In this document: positions 50,764 to 63,373 of the stretch, in pieces | Numbering within the stretch: the stretch's first letter is position 1 | Layout: the number at the start of each line of letters is the position of its first letter | Origin: Phoronis australis | Taxonomy: Eukaryota > Animalia > Phoronida | Length of the DNA: 64,000 nucleotides | Direction: 5' to 3' | Assembly (NCBI GenBank): GCA_002633005.1 | Contig: NMRA01000598.1 | Span: 68,198 to 132,197 of the forward strand | Notes under the pieces: model-generated | The model's database searches: none | What the model saw: only the letters and a program-made list of their open reading frames with translations | Told to the model about the DNA's origin: nothing | Made by a program: the position numbers and the translations under genes

Positions 50764-53700
50764 AATAACTTGACTTATATCAGTTTGAAGTTTCGACCTC
50801 AGCTGACCTAATTAGAGCTGAGTAGAACTTTAAATGATGTTGCTTTCCCAATAGGGGAATTTCAGTTTACAGAAGCTTTACAGAAACTTTGATTACCTTT
50901 CCCACTTAACAGCAACATCAAAGTTATCACTACAACAACAGACCAGGCAGTTCATTCACTCTTTCAAACGAATATTGAGTAGTGGGTTCGGACTAACTGA
51001 AAATTGTTAGCCTGCCATTTACTAGTGTTTATCAAAATGATCAGTGTCATTCTTCATCAGATATGTTTTCTTTTTATGTCTGTCAATTGAGAGCACCTCG
51101 GCCTTGCTACAATAACAAAACACATGTTTTGCAAGTCATGCGTGATCATATATCGTTGCCTCGACCTCTACTGATGAAGACTTCGACAAAGCTTCACTTT
51201 GACTGCTCCCACCTACACCGAAGTTTCGGTGAGTACCGAAGCTTCGCTTTTAAATCCTATTTTTTTAATGAAATTTCGCTTGCAGATTAACCTTTACCAC
51301 TTAGCAAGGTTTTGCCTCTAATGGGAAAGCGACTTTAGACAATCAATTCTCCAATTTCTCATTGCCATAACCACATGATTACCAGTTGGAGAGTAATTAA
51401 ATAAAACATAAAATGAATGAAGCAGCTATCCACGGATGAGAAAACTTGCAAAACTCAATTTTAAACATACTCGCATTCTGTCCATGAGCCAAAGAAATAA
51501 CTTCAGACAACTAAAGGGGTGTGGTGCATGACAGTCACTCAAGACTTAAAGATGTGTTTGCATACTCCTAACTATAGAAATGTATAGCAGAAACAAAAAC
51601 AGCAATGCTATTTTAACATATCGTACACTAAACAAAGGGCAGTTTTATTTACTGAAAACCTGTTCATGTGAAAACAAAAAATTCTGTAAATAGGTGACCT
51701 TTGCACTAATGACGTACCTCGGGGGGCTCACATAGCCCACACGATGCTGTGGTATTCCCCAATAAAACGTCGCGATGCTTACTGCACATGGTTCAGTGAT
51801 TTGCGGCGGATTGTTTTCGCCACAAAACTCATTCTTAAAAAAATTAGGCAATTTTCAACCTACTTCATATTCACTTCGTCACTAAACGTTGTGTTTCTAG
51901 AACTAATTTGGCCAAGCAATCATAGAGATAAGGAATAGTCTGCAAGTTGCACTTTAAGACATAAATTTGGTCTGTCACTCCCACTTCCCAATTGTAGAAT
52001 CAAGGTTTGTCCAAGTAATTATGAGCGCGTCACAGGCTAGTTCAATAATTTATAGAAATTATCTTGGTAACTAAAAATTTTGTTAAGATTCTCAGACACT
52101 TTGAATTTTTGCTCAAGCAAGATCTGATTATTTTGAAATAGTCATATGGAGCATATAACTAAATTTCTGTACTTTAGTCTTCACTTTTCAAGAAACGGGC
52201 CAAAAGAAATATTTTCTAATCACCACACCGTAGAAACAGGAAAACAGCTGCCAAAATGTTCCCAATCTCCCTCTGTCCTGCCATCTCTGGCCTTGAGCAT
52301 CTTAGACCCCGGCTTTGACCCCGGCTTTGACCCCATTGAAAATAATGGCAGATCACACATGAGTGACACAAGTCATTTTTTTCTCCGTTTGAAGGTTTTT
52401 ACCTACGGTAAGCAATTGTTATATACACTGTATGGAGAGTAATTAGATTTAAAAACACTGACTGCATCTCCAAGACCCCGAACTATAAATGGCAGATATT
52501 ATCAAGGGTGTGACTTTGATAGATTAAATGTAAGTGTAACATCCAGCATGTAAGTCAAGCTGTGTAATACTATTTTTACATACATATTTTCTGGGAAACA
52601 CTTTATTTCACTAGAGAAACCAAATTCGCCATTGCGATTAAACATTATTTTTATGGAATTGTTTTTCATGAGGTAATAAATTACATTATTCACAAAGTTC
52701 TTTATGTCACAAAATTTAGAGCAGGGAGAAGTGGCTATTTGTCAAGCACCCAAACTATTGGGTGTAAATGGACATCTTTGGAAGCAGTTAGATTCTGTAA
52801 ATCCTACCAACAAAGATGCTTCCACAATAAATGTTTTTTAGTTCTTCTCTTAGCTCTGGGTCAAATTGAAACACACAGAGGGTCATGAGGAAGTCACTCG
52901 TCTGCCATTCACGCCGACAAGAAGCAGCACAGATGTGGGTCACGTCTAATTCTGAGGATTCTCGCCCAGGTTATTCGCTCTAATTAACATATCACTCCAA
53001 CATACATAGGTTATTTGATGCTTTTCATGTTTTAATTGCATAAAGAAGTAGGAATGGTGATTGCCCTAAGCCTGATTTTGGGGAGTGACTGTGTTCTCTA
53101 GTATTGCCTAGGCGTCATTCTGTCAGCTGGGGTACTAGTAGTTGATCCTGCAACCTAAACTAATCACTAGTGCCTTTGGCAGTAAACTGATAATCCTTCC
53201 AGTTAAGTTCTCAACTGAAAAATATCTTCGAAATGCCACTAAACCCAACATAGTCAAACTTACTAGTCCTTAATAGATGTTGGGAATTTTTTACATTTAT
53301 TCCGTGATCTTTTACGTTTACGATAAAAGATAGATCCGATCAAACCAGCGTAAATTACAGGGTCACATGGCAGTCGTGTTTTTACAACAATGTAACAACT
53401 TATTTTTGACAGAATGTTGACCTATGATTTACACTATCTGAGTATCTGGTCAGGATTATTAAGACAACAATAATTCTAATCAAACAATCAAGACTGAGCT
53501 AGTGTGGTGAGGAGAAAGTAGGCGTAGATTTGTGGTAAGCAATCTAGTACTAACAGGCATGAATTATTGTTTAATTATATTGTATTTCATCAATCTCAAT
53601 AAAGTAAATCAATTGAGCATTTCTAGAACTGGAACATCGATCTTCGTTTCGCTGAGGCTGGGGTGACCGTATTGCCTACGAAGTTGGCCCAACCAGGGTC

Positions 53701-55353
53701 TGGGCGGAGAATCTGCAGAGTGAAAAGGTCATCAAAACTTTTCTGTCTGCACATGCGTTCGAGTCCACAGCAAAAATACAGAAACAAGCAAATTTGAAAG
53801 AGCACTTACCTTAATCTGTATTTCAATGAACAGATCGCACTTCAATCACAACGGAATGTGGGTAAACTAGACTTCAAAGAACAGTGAAGTATTCCAACAA
53901 GTTGGTCTATCACCATATTTTATTGACCTACTTAGCGTCATAGTCTAGTAGAAACAAAATAACCAAATATTACCTTTCACTCATAATCTATGGAATAACA
54001 TGTCATCTAAGTTCACTTAAAAATACAATTTTAATGTGAAAAACGCTTTTTTTCATAATTTATCAACCATTCATATCAAATAATGTTTTTGAGACTATAG
54101 GCCTAAGGCAATTATCTGAGAACGAGACTCTGTGGTCGAGAGATTGGTGCTTGCCTACCCTTGCGCTAAAATTGATCAGGTAATTTTGGCAGCTTTATTG
54201 AAGAAAAAAGATTTAATAGATGCGTTTATTTACACTTCACGTCAGTTGGAAATTCATTGTCGTTATTCTTCTGGATCATCTGTGTCGTACAGATCTTGTG
54301 TTCTTGTGAAGTTGCCAACTTTTTGTAGTGTTGAACCACAGGCGTCCTCAGCTTGGGCAGTCAGGAGTGTTCAGGTCACAGTCGAGGTCGCTACAGTCGT
54401 GGCCGTTGTCGTGGCCGATTGACCATTGGTCTCTCAGTGGTCATTTGGCACTGGGCTATCACGTCGCCTGTGCATCGCATAGCATACCCCCTTAAAAAGT
54501 TATAAATCCCAAAATGCAGCGAATAACATTGAATGAAGCATGCAGCAGTATCAGTGAGTTTTAAGACTACTGACTATCATGACTGACATGACTGGAGACA
54601 ATTCAGTCAACATAATTTGAACATAGGCTATCTATGTAAATCTGCTAAGGTTCATTCGAACTTAATTCCCTTGCGTGGTGCCATATTGAAGAAGTCGCGT
54701 GAAATCATACCAGTGCACAAACAAGGAGTCCAAGGGATACAAACCTTACGAATTCGTCGAATTCCACTGGATATCTTCCTGTGCCACTTTTTGCTGCAAA
54801 TGTCGCACTCTTCATTCACTCAGTCTCTTGCTTGTTTTTGCCTAACTCTCGTGATATCAATTGAAATTCTCTGTGGAGTTGGAATTCTCCGCTAAAGTCA
54901 TCGTGATTCTCGCAGACGTAGTATTCGCCCCTATACTGGGAATTTCTTCTGATTTATATCGTTTCTCAGAATCGGGAGAAAAATTTTCACTGGACCTTCA
55001 TCTCTGTTTGAGCTGAATTTTGGCTAGGGACCTCAATGCTTCGTTTTTGGGGTCAAATATCAACCTCATTCCCCTATGCCTATGACTAGAGAAATAGTTG
55101 GTTTTAAAAACTTTGCAAAACTCCTCTCTGGTCTCATGAGGCCCCAAAATTTCCCTTGGATGTTTAAAATATTACTCTCAAGGTTAGAATTAGCCTTGTT
55201 ACAAACATGTATACACTGCAGCTTGCCTGCAATATGTGTAAAACTAGCCAAATAAATTCTAAACTCAAAATTAATTTAAAAAACTACACTATTCCTTGAG
55301 TAAAATAAATTACTGGTGCTGAAAATTGCTGTTCTATTATTCTGCTGCTTAAT

Positions 55354-55835
55354 ATATATGTATTTATTCAATAACTAGGCCTCTGGCCCTTGTTACTATC
55401 AAATCATCAAATACAATAAAGGTAAGTGTCAAACACTAGAAGTAAACCGAATTCTTCTTCGCTTGAATGTGAAATGAACATATTTACATGTTGACCATAT
55501 AGGATCTTTTTCCTCCATAGTCATGAGTGACAAATCTGTTGAATTTTGTAACATTCAAATATCGTTTCCTAAGGTCATCGTAGAATGGGCATTCGATAAC
55601 AAAATGATATTCTGACTCGACAATATGTCCTAACACAGTGAGGGCATAACCTTTCTGTTCTGATAAGTTTCAAGTGTCTACCCTTTTCAATCATTAGTGC
55701 ATGCGCTGAACATCTCAATCTTACCATATCAGATCTAACATTTACATTGTCAATTACATCTAAATAGTTTTCAAAACATATATTTAACTTAAAAGTTCTG
55801 TAAGTTTCCAGCTTAATCGAATTGTTCAAAATATC
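55354..55835 (-). mobile_element. 5'-truncated non-LTR retrotransposon (RTEX-like ORF C-terminus with CCHC knuckle), flanked by a 44-bp TSD
   Basis: KLETYRTFK...ENYL...RLRCSAHALMIEKGR...RLCPHC, then after a frameshift ESEYHFVIECPFYDDLRKRYL. The 3' end is AATAAATACATATAT; direct repeats lie at 55310-55353 and 55836-55879. Confidence 0.88.
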
Positions 55836-56834
55836 TTACTGGTGCTGAAAATTTCTGTTCTATTATTCTGCTGCTTAATTTGTGGTGGGATATAGGAACT
55901 GTCGGCTTTCAGCGTTGACTTTCACCTCTTGGCCATTTTTTTATGATTCTTGAATGAAGTGTTCTTAAACAAGGTTTCAGATAGTTCACAATGAATTACT
56001 AGGAAAAGTTTCACTTTGTTTTTAGCATTTATTACCAGCAAACTGAATTTTTTAACAAATTTTGCCTTGTCAAAGTTGTCATCATCTCTCAGAAGTTGTT
56101 GAATAAATTATAGCAACTGGACTGTGTGCGTGTCACGAAAGTTGTTTTCAAGTTGACAACCGGAGAATGACGTATGAAAATGACGTTGATCAGATTGTTT
56201 TCTACTGTTGAGTGAAACTTTATATTATTTCATGCCTCACGTGGTAAATGAATTCTCTTTAGTAGTTTAGGTATTACAGAGACCTCTTGAATCTAGCTAT
56301 GTGTAGATCTTCCTTCCTCACGGATGCTCATTAAATGACCATTTGTTCAGAATATGTATGTCTTGGCCCTCAAAGTCCCAAACAAAGTTTATAAATCTTA
56401 ACATTTATGTAAAATAACCTTAGACGAAAGGAAACCACAAACGATCAAAGCCTTTTAAATCTTAGGTTCACACTTCACTTAAATATTCTCAAAACTAAAT
56501 AAGTTTTTCCTAATTCAAGTTAATTAGCAGCTGAATGCAGTATTTGAGAACTGCTGTACCTGCCCAAGGGACCAAGGGGTCACAGTTACCTTCTAAATGC
56601 ACCAAAATAGATGAACATTTCTATTTAGTAATTTAGTTGCTAAGACCTGAATCTCAGAAGCTACTTGGCACCTTCATAATACTTTCATGATAACCATGCA
56701 GTGTACAGCACAACGTAGCCTTGTTAAAATATTAGAATCACAGTCTGTAGTTTTTCGTTTTGCCTATCAATGTAGCCATTATTTGATTGTGCATGCATGG
56801 AGTTGACAAGTTCACATGTTTACATCTGAAGCTC

Positions 56835-56890
56835 TTGAACTGGGCATTGCCCTTTCCTGAACTAGGCATTGTCCTTCCTTGAACTGGGCA
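56835..56890. repeat. 22-bp tandem repeat x2.5 (tgaactgggcattgccctttcc)
   Basis: Visible adjacent units. Confidence 0.7.
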
Positions 56891-59800
56891 AGGGCATCTG
56901 TGCAATGAGCTATACTTGTGTATTTAGCTCCTGGTTGAACTAGTCACTCTGTGCTAGTTGGAGCTCTGTGCTTCATATGCCATATCTTATCAGAGGTTGT
57001 GAGCCCCAGTGAATTTAGGTCACAATGTGCCTGGTCACTTGTGGCAAAGATACTATATAAAAATCTTTGCATGCCGTCAGTTTTCAGGAATGACTGAGAC
57101 CATTAACAAAGTAAGGTAATTACTGTGCTTGACTTTCTTCCCATTGTATTATTTCCATTTATCAATACACGTTCACTTACAGAAAGGAAGTTTTTATTAT
57201 TCAGTTCCATTTACAAATCCTGAATATACAGTGGAGTCATTAAAAATTGAACACCAGATTCTGAATTCATTGGGGGAAACATTGTAAGATGGTGGTTGAA
57301 TTTGAACTAGGGTCCGAAAATGGAGCGTGGTGCTTAACCACACTCAAAATGCCCAGCAAGAATACTGCACGACTTATGAAGAATTTATTTTTTGCTGTAC
57401 TAGTATTACTAAATTCCGTATGTCCGCTGTATTCTACTGAAGTCTTGATGTTGAGGACACCACAAGAATTACTAATGTCTGTGGCCTTTAGTGCTGGTAG
57501 ACTTAAGGTCTGCTATACTATGTGTGTTTCCATTCAATTTTTGACAAGAAACCGGGAGTACTCAACTACGGGGAGTGTACCATTTGGACTAACTGGGTGA
57601 AGTTGGGTTTGGTAATATCTCATATGTTAGCTTTTCACTTTGTGGGTCCAGTTTTGATATTATTAAAATATTGTGTTTGATTAGACAGCACTGATATGGC
57701 AAAATTTTGGTTTAATTGGATTGGTTATTAAGAAAAACTGCTATTTAAGTGTTTATTCTATTTACACAGATCAATAAGTCTACAAATATTGTAAACACTT
57801 GCCTGAAAGGGTGACTTTAATGTGATGTCATAATTTAACTTTGTAACTATGTTAACAGTCGTGGCGAATTTTTGTGGGAAAAATCCGAACATGTCAAACA
57901 ACATCTCATTGTTCACATGTTACTTACTATTATTAAGCATTATAAATTCTAAGTGAAACCTTCCTTTTTAATGCTGTATTCCAGTTTCTCTGCCCAACAA
58001 GTGTGAGATTTGAGATAGTACACACTGTTCACCCTTTGATCTTGTTACACAACCGGTGATGTAACTGTACCATTATGCCTTAGGACCATGCTGCTAATAA
58101 AAACTAGGTTCATTCTACATGGGAACCAGTGCTGGTCCCTAGACTGCAGCTTGTTGTTCATCAGGTTATATTGGGAAACTGCCAAACTTTTCATAGACTG
58201 TAACACGTAAAATGCACCATTGTTATGCTGTAGATTATATTTTCTAGATGCTATTTACCGGTATGAATAAAGATTCTGATTGGGTATTTCTGATTTGTTA
58301 ATAAATCCATTATATTTGCATGTTATATTGAAATTCCTGCTAAATTTATTTCATGTGTTGTGTCTTTCATGAACTGGTCTAAACATGATGGTTCATGATG
58401 TTAGTTCATGTTACAGGGTCAAATTTGCCTTATTAGGTTTGACAAAATTTAACTTTGTTCTCATTGATAACTTAGTCCGTCTTGATTTTTTTCCTCTAAC
58501 TTTCATACTTACCTTCCTAAATTTTTCACTATTTTGTTTAAGATGTGTGATGGAACGTGTCAGTGGTTACTTAATCAAGGCCCTCAGTGGCTTGATTTTG
58601 GGGGTGAATTGAATATCAGCCCCGTTCTGCTATGAAAAGCATTTAAACATCACGCAAAGTGGCACGTCACACTCAAAAATTCCTCCTCAATGATTAAAAA
58701 TAGATTCCCCTCAATTTTAGAATTTTGTAGTCAAAATGTTAGTTTTGGCTACTTGAGATATTGCCGATGAGGTGTGACAACGGGGGGAGGGGAGTGGAGT
58801 TGGTCGTGTCTGGGCGGGCACAGCTGGGCAGGCTTCCTTTCAACCCAAAAAACTCCCTCAAAAAGTACACGCACCTTTCCCATCATGTGGGGTAATCGTG
58901 GTAATCCTAGCAACATTACTCCATAACTTTTGACCTGCAGCAAGTTGTTACCGAGTGCATCAGTTTACACCAGCACACTCGAGTTTTGTCCACAAAATAA
59001 TTGCCAAAATTGATCATTTTCAAATACTTCTGACAGTTCCGTGAATATGCCCTCACTATTTCAAAGTTTTTTGGTGATAGCTACAGCATACAACTTGCGA
59101 TGATAAAGAATCATTTTGGTCTATGTACATCGTAAATGAAGAGAATGAAAAAACAAATTTTCACTTGTCGTTGTCGGCCATATTGTTTCATAAATTGGTA
59201 GGATTTTAACTTGTAGTAACTTGTGTGCTGAATTTTACCTGTGACATAAACGTGTGCGTAATTCCAATCATCTACTGTCAATGCCTATGTAGTACAGTTG
59301 GGCTGTGTTCCGTAGATAAAAGAATATCACAAAAGCCAAGATCACGCGAGACTTTGCGAGATGTTGTTATAACTGAAGCATGTGATCAAACAGCTTTACT
59401 TGTGACATAGTTGCATCTGCGGACCCCGCAGTGCTGTGTCATAGGCTTACAGCTATTTTACTTACCCTGATGAATCATGTAAGCAATTATATTAAAGGTA
59501 AAATATTGGGACAGGTGAACTTGCTTGCTAATAATTAGCTGGTGGCTTGAAGCACAGGTTTATTAGTTTCCCAGAATGTCAGATTGATAATTTTGTGCGG
59601 AGAATATATTTAAATGACGTTGCGATAAAATCTCACCAATTTATGCTGCAGTATGACAAACAAGTGAAATTTATGTTTTCTCGTTTTTTCCATAGAAGAT
59701 ATGCAGCATCAAACTAGTGCTTTGTCGTGTTCTATTTCTGTACTGTAGCTACCAACAGATGATATTTTGTATACATTGAGCAATGTTAAAAGTCCTCTCG

Positions 59801-60299
59801 GAAAATGCAGTTAGGGGAATTTTGATTGTTTTTTTTTAAATTGATGAGATTTTACTTTATGCATTCTGAAGGAGTTCAATTTGTAATGCTTAAAGTGACC
59901 AAACCTTGTTATTGGCGAAAAATGAAGTGCACAACTTTTGCCTTTCAAAAATTAAATTTGGTGACTTCCGTATCCCATTTGATATGTAGTTCATAATTGT
60001 ACAGGAAGCTATGTTATATGAGCGCATTTTGAATTACAATTCTGACCCGGCCTGAAATAGCACAGCATCACTCTAATTCTAATATATTTACCCACAATGC
60101 ATCACATGTGTCAGTGGATACTGTGTGGCAATGCTGACTCCCAAGAAATTGGCAAAAAGTCAAATATCTATGTTAGATACTTAATTTATTGTTTATTTCT
60201 TGTTATTCAACTGAAGTGTGCCAGACATTTTGAAAAAGAGGTCAGTCGTAGTATGCATTTTCCCCCTTTTCGAAAGAGGAGAGTTCAGTTTACTTTTTA

Positions 60300-60530
60300 G
60301 GGAGGCCTATTTTCTTATCCGACCAGTAATCATCTTTATTTAAAATTTCCTGCTTTGCCATTATCAAGTCTATTGTAATTTATTACCATTGCACATATCT
60401 TCATGTCCCTTTCATTGTTTTTACCACTGTTCTCTACCACGTTTTTTGTATGTATTTTTGTGAGGACCATCTGGAAGATAAGCTTTTTTGCTTAAGATGG
60501 TGATATCTTTTACCTTTATCCTCAATAAAT
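60300..60530 (+). mobile_element. Possible 3' end of an L2/CR1-group LINE
   Basis: T-rich tract, then gaggaccatctggaagataagc...gcttaagatggtg...tcctcAATAAA (stem-loop plus polyA signal). Pattern recognition only. Confidence 0.4.
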
Positions 60531-60902
60531 ATTGTTTACTAGTCTATTAGGGTTGATCCAAGACCTTTGTAGCCCCCATGCAATGCCTTCTACGAAAATC
60601 TCAATTGTTTTGGCTCATGTTTTCCTAGTTACACAATGGAGTTCATTAATTGCTTTAACTGTAAGATTTACCACGGCTTACTTGATTGATTGAAGTTTGA
60701 AGTTAGCAACTGTCACTTAGCTTCATCTAATGAGGGCTGCATGGAACTTCAAAGGATTAGTGCTAATGCTAAGTCTATCAGTGGTTGTATAGCAAAAGTA
60801 TTCATTGATTGATTGTAAATATTTTCATATTCCTGCAGATTTCTTGGCAGCTAGAGCACGCTCGTACCCAGTTGACCTGCAGATCAGCTGTTTGACCTCA
60901 AG

Positions 60903-61043
60903 ATGGCGGAAGCCCACGCTGCAGTGGCGTTCTCGTTCACTGTTACCCATGAAGGGATCAACTTGGACGTCAATCACGAGGCCCTCAAGGCGGTCTGGTT
61001 CTCAGGTCTTTATTCATGGAGGAAACGTATCTACAGGTTTAAG
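60903..61043 (+). CDS. CPT1A: CPT1 coding exon 1 (47 aa); exon acceptor boundary at 60839
   Basis: Acceptor tcctgcag at 60838, ATG at 60903, donor AAG|GTACAT. Confidence 0.95.
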
Positions 61044-63373
61044 GTACATTCTAGCCCTGGCTGATTGAGTGTTGGACCCTTTCATTGTTTTTTCCTGGCT
61101 TTTGTACATGATATTGGAAAAAAGTAGATTGTTTCGTTTTTTATCCAATTCTACAGCAAAAATAAAATACTACATTGTACTTGCATGGTTCAAAGCAGTA
61201 ATGCTACACTAAGCAAATTGCAGTTATGTTTATAAAGAATTTATCAATGTGAAAACAAAAAGTTCTGCAAATGGGTTACCCTCGCTCTCGTATCCCTCAT
61301 TATGCCATGTTGTTCCTCAGCACCTTGTCAAGGTGCTTGGTGCACACTGCATGTGGGGATTTGCGCCAGATTATTTTCATCACAAAGCTTAGAACATTTA
61401 GCAACTGTCATGTCATTACAGTATGTTGTATTTCCAACTCACTTGGCCAAGTTATCACGATAAGTGATTATTCTGCTAATTCCACTTTAAGGGATCAAAT
61501 AAAACTGCCGTTCCAAAACTGCTGATATCCTCCTCTTGTTTGATTCATGAGAATATTCTTGTTTTGTTATAAGTCATACTGTACAGTCATCATCGAGCAG
61601 TGCACAACTCAATTTCGATTATTTGCAAATTAATTAGGCCTTTGAAAGTGGATTATACGGTGACTATGACAACCAATTCTGTCTCAGGTGTCTGAAAAAT
61701 TGAGGTAGAGAACAGTGTGGATATCACACGTTGACAAGGTGATTACTTTAAGTGATGTTTGTCTGGTATTAGAAACCATGGCACATCAGAGTTAATTACT
61801 TAAAAGTCATTGCTGCTGAAAAGGATAAACTTTCTCAGCCATTCTCATGATTCTGAATTCATTTTCGTTGAGTAATGCTGAACAACGTTGAATTAAAGTT
61901 GAAATGACATATTAAACCAAAAACGTGATAAAAGTGTTTGATCTACTCTAACATGCATGTTCAACGAATCTTTAAATGGTGTCATTGTGATCTGTGACCC
62001 ATTTGTCATCCAAATTTTTGTAGAACCACCTGATTAACACCCTGTTCCCAGCGCCCCCTGCTAGCTGGCTGTTTGTATTCGCCCTCGTCCTCTCCTTTAT
62101 TCTGGCGGATAGAGATCCGTCCTTTGGGCTGATGGCCAAGTTTGAAGAGCATCTCCCTGGGTGAGTACGTCAAGCTTGGCAGACGAGGACAGTGACATGT
62201 TGAACTTGTTGGGTTTCATTTTACTATTGTTGAATTACGTCTATGATGTTATGCTAGAGTCAGATTCATCAAGAAGATAAAATAGGAATTTTATTCAACC
62301 AAGCTTAGTTGTGTTACAGTTGATGTTAATAAAATATTGTTATGTGTTAACGGTTATTTGTGATAATTAATATTTTAAAATCAGCAAAACGTAGGCCTTT
62401 GATGTGGTTAGCTGTCAGTTTATGTTTTAAAAACTTTCTAACAATGTTGGTGAAAATCAAGAAAAGGGTGTCCAGCAAAATTCATTATTCTGGATGTACC
62501 TTTTTATAATGGGGGAGTTGATCTGCCAAAACAAGAACATTAATATTTTGTTGACAAGATAAAACGTTCCTACAACTTTCAACTTGTTGCACAGTACATT
62601 TACTATAACCCGTCTGCTTCAGAGTGCGAGACATGCCACCACCGTACGACGTCTACATGAGCCGCGCCATCTTCTCATTTCTGGCCTGGCTTGTCATCGT
62701 AGGAACGTGGAGGGTCATTCTCAAGCTACTGCTGTCGTATCACGGCTGGATGTATGAGCCTCGAGGTCGTGTGTCAATACGTACCAAGGTCTGGATGGTA
62801 AGTGAAGAGTTGTCTAATGGGATGTGAGAGCTGAAGCTGAATGCTGACACCTCCCAATTGTGGCTGTTCAGTATAACATAATGTGTTTGATTTGGATGGG
62901 AAGTGTGTTGTTGTATGTTGATGCATGCCAAAATCTGGCTGTTGAGTGTAATATAATGTACTTATGACTTCCTAAAACCGCTCTGAACAAAAGGATCACA
63001 CCATGAGTGTACCACGTATCCGTGCTCGTTCTTCTAAGAATGCGAGAACACCTGACAATGGCCGGAGAAGAGACCAACCGAAACGTCGTGACAGTGTATA
63101 TAGACTAGAGGTCGGTGTAAATAGACCAAGAGATTTTAATAATAGTTATAATGTACTTAGTCACGATATGAACCTTGAGGTTGCAACATTTTGTTGTCCT
63201 ATGACCTTAATGTGTACTGTATTTTTGCTTTTCCAACTCTGTTTCTTCATTTCACCTGCTTCACCTTCCAGATACTGTTGAGGGTATTTGGTGGCACCAA
63301 CCCTCTCCTCTATGGCTACCAGGGAGTGCTGCCAAAGCTGCCTGTGCCTGAACTGAATGAAACCAAGCAAAGG
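60903..63373 (+). CDS. CPT1A: Carnitine O-palmitoyltransferase 1, 5' part only: join(60903-61043,62024-62160,62623-62797,63272-63373), continuing beyond the window
   Basis: Diagnostic N-terminus [18 protein letters not shown]...SWRKR, two transmembrane segments, [10 protein letters not shown] and LPKLPVP. The symbol is used for the invertebrate CPT1 family; A/B/C paralog identity does not apply. Confidence 0.95.
62024..62160 (+). CDS. CPT1A: CPT1 coding exon 2 (TM1; [18 protein letters not shown]...DPSFGL)
   Basis: Acceptor ttttgtag|AAC, donor GG|GTGAGT. Confidence 0.93.
62623..62797 (+). CDS. CPT1A: CPT1 coding exon 3 (TM2; [13 protein letters not shown]...TKVWM)
   Basis: Acceptor gcttcag|A, donor ATG|GTAAGT. 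Confidence 0.93.
63272..63373 (+). CDS. CPT1A: CPT1 coding exon 4 ([34 protein letters not shown])
   Basis: Acceptor ccttccag|ATA, donor AGG|GTAAGG; 102 nt. Confidence 0.95.

Noticed and set aside
53810-55079. In-frame TGAs read as selenocysteine
   Set aside because: TAA/TAG stops also interrupt the frames, there is no redox motif, and no SECIS was recognised.
62595-62622. Upstream acceptor (gcacag) for CPT1 exon 3
   Set aside because: It adds 28 nt and shifts the frame.
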